Under the pieces are notes generated by a model. It saw only the letters and a program-made list of their open reading frames with translations, had not been told where the DNA came from and made no database searches. The translations under genes and the position numbers were made by a program. DNA of 64,000 bases from the human T2T-CHM13v2.0 reference genome, Homo sapiens: NCBI RefSeq assembly GCF_009914755.1, contig NC_060925.1. One strand, 5' to 3'. This document shows positions 42,681 to 57,386 of this stretch, piece by piece (the first letter of the stretch is position 1; each line of letters begins with the position of its first letter).

Positions 42681-45600
42681 ATGAATCAAATGGAAACACC
42701 ATCGAATTGAAACGAATGGAATTATCATGAAATTGAAATGGATGGACTCATCATCGAATGGATTCGAATGGAATCATCGAATAAAATTGATTGAAATCAT
42801 CATCGAATGGAATCGAATGGTATCATTGAATGGAATCGAATGGAATCATCATCAGATGGAAATGAATGGAATCGTCATAGAATGGAATCGAATGGATTCA
42901 TTGAATGGAATCAGATGGAATCATCGAATGGACTGGAATGGAATCATTGAATGGACTCGAAAGGGATCATGATAGAATGGAATTGAATGGAATCATCGAA
43001 TGGTCTCGATTGGAATCATTATCAAATGGAATCGAATGGAATCACCGAATAGAATCGAATGGAACAATCATCGAATGGACTCAAATGGAATTATCCTCAA
43101 ATGGAATCGAATGGAATTATCGAATGCAATCGAATGGAATTATCGAATGCAATCGAATAGAATCATCGAATGGACTCGAATGGAATCATCGAATGGAATG
43201 GAATGGAACAGTCAATGAACTCGAATGGAATCATCATTGAATGGAATCGAATGGAATCATCGAGTGGAATCGAATGGAATTATGATCAAATGGAATCGAA
43301 TGTAATCATCATCAAATGGAATCAAAAATAACCATCATCAATTGGTATTGAATGGAATTGTCATCAAATGGAATTCAAAGGAATCATCATCAAATGGAAC
43401 CGAATGGAATCCTCATTGAATGGAAATGAAAGGGGTCATCATCTAATGGAATCGCATGGAATCATCATAAAATGGAATCGAATGGAATCAACATCAAATG
43501 GAATCAAATGGAATCATTGAACGGAATTGAATGGAATCGTCATCGAATGAATTGGATGCAATCATCGAATGGTCTCGAATGGAATCTTCTTCAAATGGAA
43601 TGGAATGGAATCATCGCATAGAATCGAATGGAATTATCATCGAATGGAATCGAATGGAATCAACATCAAACGGAAAAAAACGGAATTATCGAATGGAACC
43701 GAAGAGAATCATCGAATGGACCCGAATGGAATCATCTAATAGAATGGAATGGAATAATCCATGGACTCGAATGCAATCATCATCGAATGGAATCGAATGG
43801 AATCATCGAATGGACTCGAATGGAATAATCATTGAACGGAATCGATTGGAATCATCATCGGATGGAAACGAATGGAATCATCATCGAATGGAAATGAAAG
43901 GAGTCATCATCTAATGGAATTGCATGGAATCATCATAAAATGGAATCGAATGGAATCAACATCAAATGGAATCAAATGGAATCATTGAACGGAATTGAAT
44001 GGAATCGTCATCGAATGAATTGACTGCAATCATCCAATGGTCTCGAATGGAATCATCTTCAAATGGAATGGAATGGAATCATCGCATAGAAGCGAATGGA
44101 ATTATCATCGAATGGAATCGAATGGTATCAACACCAAACGGAAAAAAACGGAATTATCGAATGGAATCGAAGAGAATCTTCGAACGGACCCGAATGGAAT
44201 CATCTAATGGAATGGAATGGAATAATCCATGGACTCGAATGCAATCATCATCGAATGGAATCGAATGGAATCATCGAATGGACTCGAATGGAATAATCAT
44301 TGAACGGAATCGATTGGAATCATCATCGGATGGAAACGAATGGAATCATCATCGAATGGAAATGAAAGGAGTCATCATCTAATGGAATTGCATGGAATCA
44401 TCATAAAATGGAATCGAATGGAATCAACATCAAATGGAATCAAATGGAATCATTGAACGGAATTGAATGGAATCGTCATCGAATGAATTGACTGCAATCA
44501 TCCAATGGTCTCGAATGGAATCATCTTCAAATGGAATGGAATGGAATCATCGCATAGAATCGAATGGAATTATCATCGAATGGAATCGAATGGAATCAAC
44601 ATCCAACGGAAAAAAACGGAATTATCGAATGGAATCGAAGAGAATCATCGAATGGACCCGAATGGAATCATGTAATGGAATGGAATGGAATAATCCATGG
44701 ACTCGAATGCAATCATCATCGAATGGAATCGAATGGAATCATCGAATGGACTCGAATGGAATAATCATTGAACGGAATCGAATGGAATCATCATCGGATG
44801 GAAATGAATGGAATCATCATCGAATGGAATCGAATAGAATTATGGAATGAAATCCAGTGTGATCATCATCGAATGGACCCGAATGGAATCATCATCCAAC
44901 GGAAGCTAATGGAATCAACATCGAATGAATCAAATGGAAACACCATCGAATTGAAACGAATGGAATTATCATGAAATTGAAATGGATGGACTCATCATCG
45001 AATGGATTCGAATGGAATCATCGAATAAAATTGATTGAAATCATCATCGAATGGAATCGAATGGTATCATTGAATGGAATCGAATGGAATCATCATGAGA
45101 TGGAAATGAATGGAATCGTCATAGAATGGAATCGAATGGATTCATTGAATGGAATCAGATGGAATCATCGAATGGACTGGAATGGAATCATTGAATGGAC
45201 TCGAAAGGGATCATGATTGAATGGAATTGAATGGAATCATCGAATGGTCTCGATTGGAATCATTATCAAATGGAATCGAATGGAATCACCGAATAGAATC
45301 GAATGGAACAATCATCGAATGGACTCAAATGGAATTATCCTCAAATGGAATCGAATGGAATTATCGAATGCAATCGAATGGAATTATCGAATGCAATCGA
45401 ATAGAATCATCGAATGGACTCGAATGGAATCATCGAATGGAATGGAATGGAACAGTCAATGAACTCGAATGGAATCATCATTGAATGGAATCGAATGGAA
45501 TCATCGAGTGGAATCGAATGGAATTATGATCAAATGGAATCGAATGTAATCATCATCAAATGGAATCAAAAATAACCATCATCAATTGGTATTGAATGGA

Positions 45601-48600
45601 ATTGTCATCAAATGGAATTCAAAGGAATCATCATCAAATGGAACCGAATGGAATCCTCATTGAATGGAAATGAAAGGGGTCATCATCTAATGGAATCGCA
45701 TGGAATCATCATAAAATGGAATCGAATGGAATCAACATCAAATGGAATCAAATGGAATCATTGAACGGAATTGAATGGAATCGTCATCGAATGAATTGGA
45801 TGGAATCATCGAATGGTCTCGAATGGAATCTTCTTCAAATGGAATGGAATGGAATCATCGCATAGAATCGAATGGAATTATCATCGAATGGAATCGAATG
45901 GAATCAACATCAAACGGAAAAAAACGGAATTATCGAATGGAACCGAAGAGAATCATCGAATGGACCCGAATGGAATCATCTAATAGAATGGAATGGAATA
46001 ATCCATGGACTCGAATGCAATCATCATCGAATGGAATCGAATGGAATCATCGAATGGACTCGAATGGAATAATCATTGAACGGAATCGATTGGAATCATC
46101 ATCGGATGGAAACGAATGGAATCATCATCGAATGGAAATGAAAGGAGTCATCATCTAATGGAATTGCATGGAATCATCATAAAATGGAATCGAATGGAAT
46201 CAACATCAAATGGAATCAAATGGAATCATTGAACGGAATTGAATGGAATCGTCATCGAATGAATTGACTGCAATCATCCAATGGTCTCGAATGGAATCAT
46301 CTTCAAATGGAATGGAATGGAATCATCGCATAGAAGCGAATGGAATTATCATCGAATGGAATCGAATGGAATCAACATCCAACGGAAAAAAACGGAATTA
46401 TCGAATGGAATCGAAGAGAATCATCGAATGGACCCGAATGGAATCATCTAATGGAATGGAATGGAATAATCCATGGACTCGAATGCAATCATCATCGAAT
46501 GGAATCGAATGGAATCATCGAATGGACTCGAATGGAATAATCATTGAACGGAATCGAATGGAATCATCATCGGATGGAAATGAATGGAATCATCATCGAA
46601 TGGAATCGAATAGAATTATGGAATGAAATCCAGTGTGATCATCATCGAATGGACCCGAATGGAATCATCATCCAACGGAAGCTAATGGAATCAACATCGA
46701 ATGAATCAAATGGAAACACCATCGAATTGAAACGAATGGAATTATCATGAAATTGAAATGGATGGACTCATCATCGAATGGATTCGAAAGGAATCATCGA
46801 ATAAAATTGATTGAAATCATCATCGAATGGAATCGAATGGTATCATTGAATGGAATCGAATGGAATCATCATCAGATGGAAATGAATGGAATCGTCATAG
46901 AATGGAATCGAATGGATTCATTGAATGGAATCAGATGGAATCATCGAATGGACTGGAATGGAATCATTGAATGGACTCGAAAGGGATCATGATTGAATGG
47001 AATTGAATGGAATCATCGAATGGTCTCGATTGGAATCATTATCAAATGGAATCGAATGGAATCACCGAATAGAATCGAATGGAACAATCATCGAATGGAC
47101 TCAAATGGAATTATCCTCCAATGGAATCGAATGGAATTATCGAATGCAATCGAATGGAATTATCGAATGCAATCGAATAGAATCATCGAATGGACTCGAA
47201 TGGAATCATCGAATGGAATGGAATGGAACAGTCAATGAACTCGAATGGAATCATCATTGAATGGAATCGAATGGAATCATCGAGTGGAATCGAATGGAAT
47301 TATGATCAAATGGAATCGAATGTAATCATCATCAAATGGAATCAAAAATAACCATCATCAATTGGTATTGAATGGAATTGTCATCAAATGGAATTCAAAG
47401 GAATCAATATCAAATGGAACCGAATGGAATCCTCATTGAATGGAAATGAAAGGGGTCATCATCTAATGGAATCGCATGGAATCATCATCAAATGGAATCG
47501 AATGGAATCATCATCAAATGGAATCTAATGGAATCATTGAACAGAATTGAATGGAATCGTCATCGAATGAATTGAATGCAATCATCGAATGGTCTCGAAT
47601 GGAATCATCTTCTAATGGAAAGGAATGGAATCATCGCATAGAATCGAATGGAATTATCATCGAATGGAATCGAATGGTATCAACACCAAACGGAAAAAAA
47701 CGGAATTATCGAATGGAATCGAAGAGAATCTTCGAACGGACCCGAATGGAATCATCTAATGGAATGGAATGGAATAATCCATGGACTCGAATGCAATCAT
47801 CATCGAATGGAATCGAATGGAACCATCGAATGGACTCGAATGGAATAATCATTGAACGGAATCGAATGGAATCATCATCGGATGGAAACGAATGGAATCA
47901 TCATCGAATGGAAATGAAAGGAGTCATCATCTAATGGAATTGCATGGAATCATCATAAAATGGAATCGAATGGAATCAACATCAAATGGAATCAAATGGA
48001 ATCATTGAACGGAATTGAATGGAATCGTCATCGAATGAATTGACTGCAATCATCCAATGGTCTCGAATGGAATCATCTTCAAATGGAATGGAATGGAATC
48101 ATCGCATAGAATCGAATGGAATTATCATCGAATGGAATCGAATGGAATCAACATCAAACGGAAAAAAACGGAATTATCGAATGGAATCGAAGAGAATCAT
48201 CGAATGGACCCGAATGGAATCATCTAATGGAATGGAATGGAATAATCCATGGACTCGAATGCAATCATCATCGAATGGAATCGAATGGAATCATCGAATG
48301 GACTCGAATGGAATAATCATTGAACGGAATCGAATGGAATCATCATCGGATGGAAATGAATGGAATCATCATCGAATGGAATCGAATAGAATTATGGAAT
48401 GAAATCCAGTGTGATCATCATCGAATGGACCCGAATGGAATCATCATCCAACGGAAGCTAATGGAATCAACATCGAATGAATCGAATGGAAACACCATCG
48501 AATTGAAACGAATGGAATTATCATGAAATTGAAATAGATGGACTCATCATCGAATGGATTCGAATGGAATCATCGAATAAAATTGATTGAAATCATCATC

Positions 48601-51600
48601 GAATGGAATCGAATGGTATCATTGAATGGAATCGAATGGAATCATCATCAGATGGAAATGAATGGAATCGTCATAGAATGGAATCGAATGGATTCATTGA
48701 ATGGAATCAGATGGAATCATCGAATGGACTGGAATGGAATCATTGAATGGACTCCAAAGGGATCATGATTGAATGGAATTGAATGGAATCATCGAATGGT
48801 CTCGATTGGAATCATTATCAAATGGAATCGAATGGAATCACCGAATAGAATCGAATGGAACAATCATCGAATGGACTCAAATGGAATTATCCTCAAATGG
48901 AATCGAATGGAATTATCGAATGCAATCGAATGGAATTTTCGAATGCAATCGAATAGAATCATCGAATGGACTCGAATGGAATCATCGAATGGAATGGAAT
49001 GGAACAGTCAATGAACACGAATGGAATCATCATTGAATGGAATCGAATGGAATCATCGAGTGGAATCGAATTGAATTATGATCAAATGGAATCGAATGTA
49101 ATCATCATCAAATGGAATCAAAAATAACCATCATCAATTGCTATTGAATGGAATTGTCATCAAATGGAATTCAAAGGAATCATCATCAAATGGAACCGAA
49201 TGGAATCCTCATTGAATGGAAATTAAAGGGGTCATCATCTAATGGAATCGCATGGAATCATCATCAAATGGAATCAAATGGAATAATCATCAAATGGAAT
49301 CTAATGGAATCATTGAACAGAATTGAATGGAATCGTCATCAAATGAATTGAATGCAATCATCGAATGGTCTCGAATGGAATCATCTTCTAATGGAAAGGA
49401 ATGGAATCATCGCATAGAATCGAATGGAATTATCATCGAATGGAATCGAATGGTATCAACACCAAACGGAAAAAAACGGAATTATCGAATGGAATCGAAG
49501 AGAATCTTCGAACGGACCCGAATGGAATCATCTAATGGAATGGAATGGAATAATCCATGGACTCGAATGCAATCATCATCGAATGGAATCGAATGGAATC
49601 ATCGAATGGACTCGAATGGAATAATCATTGAACGGAATCGAATGGAATCATCATCGGATGGAAACGAATGGAATCATCATCGAATGGAAATGAAAGGAGT
49701 CATCATCTAATGGAATTGCATGGAATCATCATAAAATGGAATCGAATGGAATCAACATCAAATGGAATCAAACGGAATCATTGAACGGAATTGAATGGAA
49801 TCGTCATCGAATGAATTGACTGCAATCATCGAATGGTCTCGAATGGAATCATCTTCAAATGGAATGGAATGGAATCATCGCATAGAATCGAATGGAATTA
49901 TCACCGAATGGAATCGAATGGAATCAACATCAAACGGAAAAAAACGGAATTATCGAATGGAATCGAAGAGAATCATCGAATGGACCCGAATGGAATCATC
50001 TAATGGAATGGAATGGAATAATCCATGGACTCGAATGCAATCATCATCGAATGGAATCGAATGGAATCATCGAATGAACTCGAATGGAATCATCATTGAA
50101 TGGAATCGAATGGAATCATCGAGTGGAATCGAATGGAATTATGATCAAATGGAATCGAATGTAATCATCATCAAATGGAATCAAAAATAACCATCATCAA
50201 TTGGTATTGAATGGAATTGTCATCAAATGGAATTCAAAGGAATCATCATCAAATGGAACCGAATGGAATCCTCATTGAATGGAAATGAAAGGGGTCATCA
50301 TCTAATGGAATCGCATGGAATCATCATCAAATGGAATCGAATGGAATCATCATCAAATGGAATCTAATGGAATCATTGAACAGAATTGAATGGAATCGTC
50401 ATCGAATGAATTGAATGCAATCATCGAATGGTCTCGAATGGAATCATCTTCTAATGGAAAGGAATGGAATCATCGCATAGAATCGAATGGAATTATCATC
50501 GAATGGAATCGAATGGTATCAACACCAAACGGAAAAAAACGGAATTATCGAATGGAATCGAAGAGAATCTTCGAACGGACCCGAATGGAATCATCTAATG
50601 GAATGGAATGGAATAATCCATGGACTCGAATGCAATCATCATCGAATGGAATCGAATGGAATCATCGAATGGACTCGAATGGAATAATCATTGAACGGAA
50701 TCGAATGGAATCATCATCGGATGGAAACGAATGGAATCATCATCGAATGGAAATGAAGGGAATCATCATCTAATGGAATTGCATGGAATCATCATAAAAT
50801 GGAATCGAATGGAATCAACATCAAATCGAATCAAACGGAATCATTGAACGGAATTGAATGGAATCGTCATCGAATGAATTGACTGCAATCATCGAATGGT
50901 CTCGAATGGAATCATCTTCAAATGGAATGGAATGGAATCATCGCATAGAATCGAATGGAATTATCACCGAAAGCAATCGAATGGAATCAACATCCAACGG
51001 AAAAAAACGGAATTATCGAATGGAATCGAAGAGAATCATCGAATGGACCCGAATGGAATCATCTAATGGAATGGAATGGAATAATCCATGGACTCGAATG
51101 CAATCATCATCGAATGGAATCGAATGGAATCATCGAATGGACTTGAATGGAATAATCATTGAACGGAATAGAATGGAATCATCATCGGATGGAAATGAAT
51201 GGAATCATCATCGAATGGAATCGAATAGAATTATGGAATGAAATCCAGTGTGATGATCATCATCGAATGGACCCGAATGGAATCATCATCCAACGGAAGC
51301 TAATGGAATCAACATCGAATGAATCAAATGGAAACACCATCGAATTGAAACGAATGGAATTATCATGAAATTGAAATGGATGGACTCATCATCGAATGGA
51401 TTCGAAAGGAATCATCGAATAAAATTGATTGAAATCATCATCGAATGGAATCGAATGGTATCATTGAATGGAATCGAATGGAATCATCATCAGATGGAAA
51501 TGAATGGAATCGTCATAGAATGGAATCGAATGGATTCATTGAATGGAATCAGATGGAATCATCGAATGGACTGGAATGGAATCATTGAATGGACTCGAAA

Positions 51601-54600
51601 GGGATCATGATTGAATGGAATTGAATGGAATCATCGAATGGTCTCGATTGGAATCATTATCAAATGGAATCGAATGGAATCACCGAATAGAATCGAATGG
51701 AACAATCATCGAATGGACTCAAATGGAATTATCCTCAAATGGAATCGAATGGAATTATCGAATGCAATCGAATGGAATTATCGAATGCAATCGAATAGAA
51801 TCATCGAATGGACTCGAATGGAATCATCGAATGGAATGGAATGGAACAGTCAATGAACTCGAATGGAATCATCATTGAATGGAATCGAATGGAATCATCG
51901 AGTGGAATCGAATGGAATTATGATCAAATGGAATCGAATGTAATCATCATCAAATGGAATCAAAAATAACCATCATCAATTGGTATTGAATGGAATTGTC
52001 ATCAAATGGAATTCAAAGGAATCAATATCAAATGGAACCGAATGGAATCCTCATTGAATGGAAATGAAAGGGGTCATCATCTAATGGAATCGCATGGAAT
52101 CATCATCAAATGGAATCGAATGGAATCATCATCAAATGGAATCTAATGGAATCATTGAACAGAATTGAATGGAATCGTCATCGAATGAATTGAATGCAAT
52201 CATCGAATGGTCTCGAATGGAATCATCTTCTAATGGAAAGGAATGGAATCATCGCATAGAATCGAATGGAATTATCATCGAATGGAATCGAATGGTATCA
52301 ACACCAAACGGAAAAAAACGGAATTATCGAATGGAATCGAAGAGAATCTTCGAACGGACCCGAATGGAATCATCTAATGGAATGGAATGGAATAATCCAT
52401 GGACTCGAATGCAATCATCATCGAATGGAATGGAATGGAATCATCGAATGGACTCGAATGGAATAATCATTGAACGGAATCGAATGGAATCATCATCGGA
52501 TGGAAACGAATGGAATCATCATCGAATGGAAATGAAAGGAGTCATCATCTAATGGAATTGCATGGAATCATCATAAAATGGAATCGAATGGAATCAACAT
52601 CAAATGGAATCAAAAGGAATCATTGAACGGAATTGAATGGAATCGTCATCGAATGAATTGACTGCAATCATCCAATGGTCTCGAATGGAATCATCTTCAA
52701 ATGGAATGGAATGGAATCATCGCATAGAAACGAATGGAATTATCATCGAATGGAATCGAATGGAATCAACATCAAACGGAAAAAAACGGAATTATCGAAT
52801 GGAATCGAAGAGAATCATCGAATGGACCCGAATGGAATCATCTAATGGAATGGAATGGAATAATCCATGGACTCGAATGCAATCATCATCGAATGGAATC
52901 GAATGGAATCATCGAATGGACTCGAATGGAATAATCATTGAACGGAATCGAATGGAATCATCATCGGATGGAAATGAATGGAATCATCATCGAATGGAAT
53001 CGAATAGAATTATGGAATGAAATCCAGTGTGATCATCATCGAATGGACCCGAATGGAATCATCATCCAACGGAAGCTAATGGAATCAACATCGAATGAAT
53101 CGAATGGAAACACCATCGAATTGAAACGAATGGAATTATCATGAAATTGAAATGGATGGACTCATCATCGAATGGATTCGAATGGAATCATCGAATAAAA
53201 TTGATTGAAATCATCATCGAATGGAATCGAATGGTATCATTGAATGGAATCGAATGAAATCATCATCAGATGGAAATGAATGGAATCGTCATAGATTGGA
53301 ATCGAATGGTTTCATTGAATGGAATCAGATGGAATCATCGAATGGACTGGAATGGAATCACTGAATGGACTCGAAAGGGATCATGATTGAATGGAATTGA
53401 ATGGAATCATCGAATGGTCTCGATTGGAATCATTATCAAATGGAATCGAATGGAATCACCGAATAGAATCGAATGGAACAATCATCGAATGGACTCAAAT
53501 GGAATTATCCTCAAATGGAATCGAATGGAATTATCGAATGCAATCGAATGGAATTATCGAATGCAATCGAATAGAATCATCGAATGGACTCGAATGGAAT
53601 CATCGAATGGAATGGAATGGAACAGTCAATGAACACGAATGGAATCATCATTGAATGGAATCGAATGGAATCTTCGAGTGGAATCGAATTGAATTATGAT
53701 CAAATGGAATCGAATGTAATCATCATCAAATGGAATCAAAAATAACCATCATCAATTGCTATTGAATGGAATTGTCATCAAATGGAATTCAAAGGAATCA
53801 TCATCAAATGGAACCGAATGGAATCCTCATTGAATGGAAATGAAAGGGGTCATCATCTAATGGAATCGCATGGAATCATCATCAAATGGAATCAAATGGA
53901 ATCATCATCAAATGGAATCTAATGGAATCATTGAACAGAATTGAATGGAATCGTCATCGAATGAATTGAATGCAATCATCGAATGGTCTCGAATGGAATC
54001 ATCTTCTAATGGAAAGGAATGGAATCATCGCATAGAATCGAATGGAATTATCATCGAATGGAATCGAATGGTATCAACACCAAACGGAAAAAAACGGAAT
54101 TATCGAATGGAATCGAAGAGAATCTTCGAACGGACCCGAATGGAATCATCTAATGGAATGGAATGGAATAATCCATGGACTCGAATGCAATCATCATCGA
54201 ATGGAATCGAATGGAATCATCGAATGGACTCGAATGGAATAATCATTGAACGGAATCGAATGGAATCATCATCGGATGGAAACGAATGGAATCATCATCG
54301 AATGGAAATGAAAGGAGTCATCGTCTAATGCAATTGCATGGAATCATCATCAAATGGAATCGAATGGAATCAACATCAAATGGAATCTAATGGAATCATT
54401 GAACAGAATTGAATGGAATCGTCATCGAATGAATTGACTGCAATCATCGAATGGTCTCGAATGGAATCATCTTCAAATGGAATGGAATGGAATCATCGCA
54501 TAGAATCGAATGGAATTATCATCGAATGGAATCGAATGGAATCAACATCAAACGGAAAAAAACAGAATTATCGAATGGAATCGAAGAGAATCATCGCATG

Positions 54601-55560
54601 GACCCGAATGGAATCATCTAATGGAATGGAATGGAATAATCCATGGACTCGAATGCAATCATCATCGAATGGAATCGAATGGAATCATCGAGTGGACTCG
54701 AATGGAATAATCATTGAACGGAATCGAATGGAATCATCATCGGATGGAAATGAATGGAATCATCATCGAATGGAATCGAATAGAATTATGGAATGAAATC
54801 CAGTGTGATCATCATCGAATGGACCCGAATGGAATCATCATCCAACGGAAGCTAATGGAATCAACATCGAATGAATCAAATGGAAACACCATCGAATTGA
54901 AACGAATGGAATTATCATGAAATTGAAATGGATGGACTCATCATCGAATGGATTCGAATGGAATCATCGAATAAAATTGATTGAAATCATCATCGAATGG
55001 AATCGAATGGTATCATTGAATGGAATCGAATGGAATCATCATCAGATGGAAATGAATGGAATCGTCATAGAATGGAATCGAATGGATTCATTGAATGGAA
55101 TCTGATGGAATCATCGAATGGACTGGAATGGAATCATTGAATGGACTCGAAAGGGATCATGATTGAATGGAATTGAATGGAATCATCGAATGGTCTCGAT
55201 TGGAATCATTATCAAATGGAATCGAATGGAATCACCGAATAGAATCGAATGGAACAATCATCGAATGGACTCAAATGGAATTATCCTCCAATGGAATCGA
55301 ATGGAATTATCGAATGCAATCGAATGGAATTATCGAATGCAATCGAATAGAATCATCGAATGGACTCGAATGGAATCATCGAATGGAATGGAATGGAACA
55401 GTCAATGAACTCGAATGGAATCATCATTGAATGGAATCGAATGGAATCATCGAGTGGAATCGAATGGAATTATGATCAAATGGAATCGAATGTAATCATC
55501 ATCAAATGGAATCAAAAATAACCATCATCAATTGGTATTGAATGGAATTGTCATCAAATG

Positions 55561-57336
55561 GAATTCAAAGGAATCATCATCAAATGGAACCGAATGGAAT
55601 CCTCATTGAATGGAAATGAAAGGGGTCATCATCTAATGGAATCGCATGGAATCATCATCAAATGGAATCGAATGGAATCATCATCAAATGGAATCTAATG
55701 GAATCATTGAACAGAATTGAATGGAATCGTCATCGAATGAATTGAATGCAATCATCGAATGGTCTCGAATGGAATCATCTTCTAATGGAAAGGAATGGAA
55801 TCATCGCATAGAATCGAATGGAATTATCATCGAATGGAATCGAATGGTATCAACACCAAACGGAAAAAAACGGAATTATCGAATGGAATCGAAGAGAATC
55901 TTCGAACGGACCCGAATGGAATCATCTAATGGAATGGAATGGAATAATCCATGGACTCGAATGCAATCATCATCGAATGGAATCGAATGGAATCATCGAA
56001 TGGACTCGAATGGAATAATCATTGAACGGAATCGAATGGAATCATCATCGGATGGAAACGAATGGAATCATCATCGAATGGAAATGAAAGGAGTCATCAT
56101 CTAATGGAATTGCATGGAATCATCATAAAATGGAATCGAATGGAATCAACATCAAATGGAATCAAATGGAATCATTGAACGGAGTTGAATGGAATCGTCA
56201 TCGAATGAATTGACTGCAATCATCGAATGGTCTCGAATGGAATCATCTTCAAATGGAATGGAATGGAATCATCGCATAGAATCGAATGGAATTATCATCG
56301 AATGGAATCGAATGGAATCAACATCAAACGGAAAAAAACGGAATTATCGAATGGAATCGAAGAGAATCATCGAATGGACCCGAATGGAATCATCTAATGG
56401 AATGGAATGGAATAATCCATGGACTCGAATGCAATCATCATCGAATGGAATCGAATGGAATCATCGAATGGACTCGAATGGAATAATCATTGAACGGAAT
56501 CGAATGGAATCATCATCGGATGGAAATGAATGGAATCATCATCGAATGGAATCGAATAGAATTATGGAATGAAATCCAGTGTGATCATCATCGAATGGAC
56601 CCGAATGGAATCATCATCCAACGGAAGCTAATGGAATCAACATCGAATGAATCAAATGGAAACACCATCGAATTGAAACGAATGGAATTATCATGAAATT
56701 GAAATGGATGGACTCATCATCGAATGGATTCGAATGGAATCATCGAATAAAATTGATTGAAATCATCATCGAATGGAATCGAATGGTATCATTGAATGGA
56801 ATCGAATGGAATCATCATCAGATGGAAATGAATGGAATCGTCATAGAATGGAATCGAATGGATTCATTGAATGGAATCAGATGGAATCATCGAATGGACT
56901 GGAATGGAATCATTGAATGGACTTGAAAGGGATCATGATTCAATGGAATTGAATGGAATCATCGAATGGTCTCGATTGGAATCATTATCAAATGGAATCG
57001 AATGGAATCACCGAATAGAATCGAATGGAACAATCATCGAATGGACTCAAATGGAATTATCCTCAAATGGAATCGAATGGAATTATCGAATGCAATCGAA
57101 TGGAATTATCGAATGCAATCGAATAGAATCATCGAATGGACTCGAATGGAATCATCGAATGGAATGGAATGGAACAGTCAATGAACACGAATGGAATCAT
57201 CATTGAATGGAATCGAATGGAATCATCAAGTGGAATCGAATGGAATTATGATCAAATGGAATCGAATGTAATCATCATCAAATGGAATCAAAAATAACCA
57301 TCATCAATTGGTATTGAATGGAATTGTCATGAAATG
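55561..57336. repeat. Representative 1,776-bp higher-order unit (EcoRI to EcoRI), consistent with the chr1q12 1.77-kb HSat2 repeat (D1Z1/pUC1.77, HSat2A2)
   Basis: GAATTC in GGAATTCAAAGG at 55561 and 57337 (difference 1776). The landmark ATGAAATTGAAATGGATGG recurs at 51365, 53141, 54917, 56693, 58469 and 60245, each +1776. The 1q12 assignment rests on established knowledge of the 1.77-kb EcoRI satellite, not on an alignment. Confidence 0.88.
55611..56546. repeat. Two tandem ~468-bp subrepeats (A then B) inside the 1,776-bp unit
   Basis: Paired pseudo-ORF starts 55721/56189 (also 47551/48019, 59273/59741) differ by 468. A carries AAGGGGTC, TTCTAATGGAAAGG, CAACACCAAAC and AATCTTCGAACGG; B carries AAGGAGTC, TTCAAATGGAATGG, CAACATCAAAC and AATCATCGAATGG. 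Confidence 0.93.
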
Positions 57337-57386
57337 GAATTCAAAGGAATCATCATCAAATGGAACCGAATGGAATCCTCATTGAA
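56547..57386. repeat. ~840-bp unit-specific segment of the 1,776-bp repeat
   Basis: Contains once-per-unit landmarks AAATCCAGTGTGATC, CAACGGAAGCTAATGG, AATAAAATTGATTGAAATC, GGAACAGTCAATG, CAAAAATAACC and the EcoRI site. Confidence 0.9.

Larger units (their letters stand above)
1..42700. repeat. Left subdomain: structurally heterogeneous HSat2 units
   Basis: Successive landmark spacings from 2190 are 1923, 1766, 1923, 1307, 1923, 1776, 1776, 1775, 1776, 1923, 1308, 1776, 1285, 2218, 1776, 1776, 1308, 2391, 1776, 1285, 2218, 1776, 1776. Units mostly carry ATCATTATTG. Confidence 0.85.
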
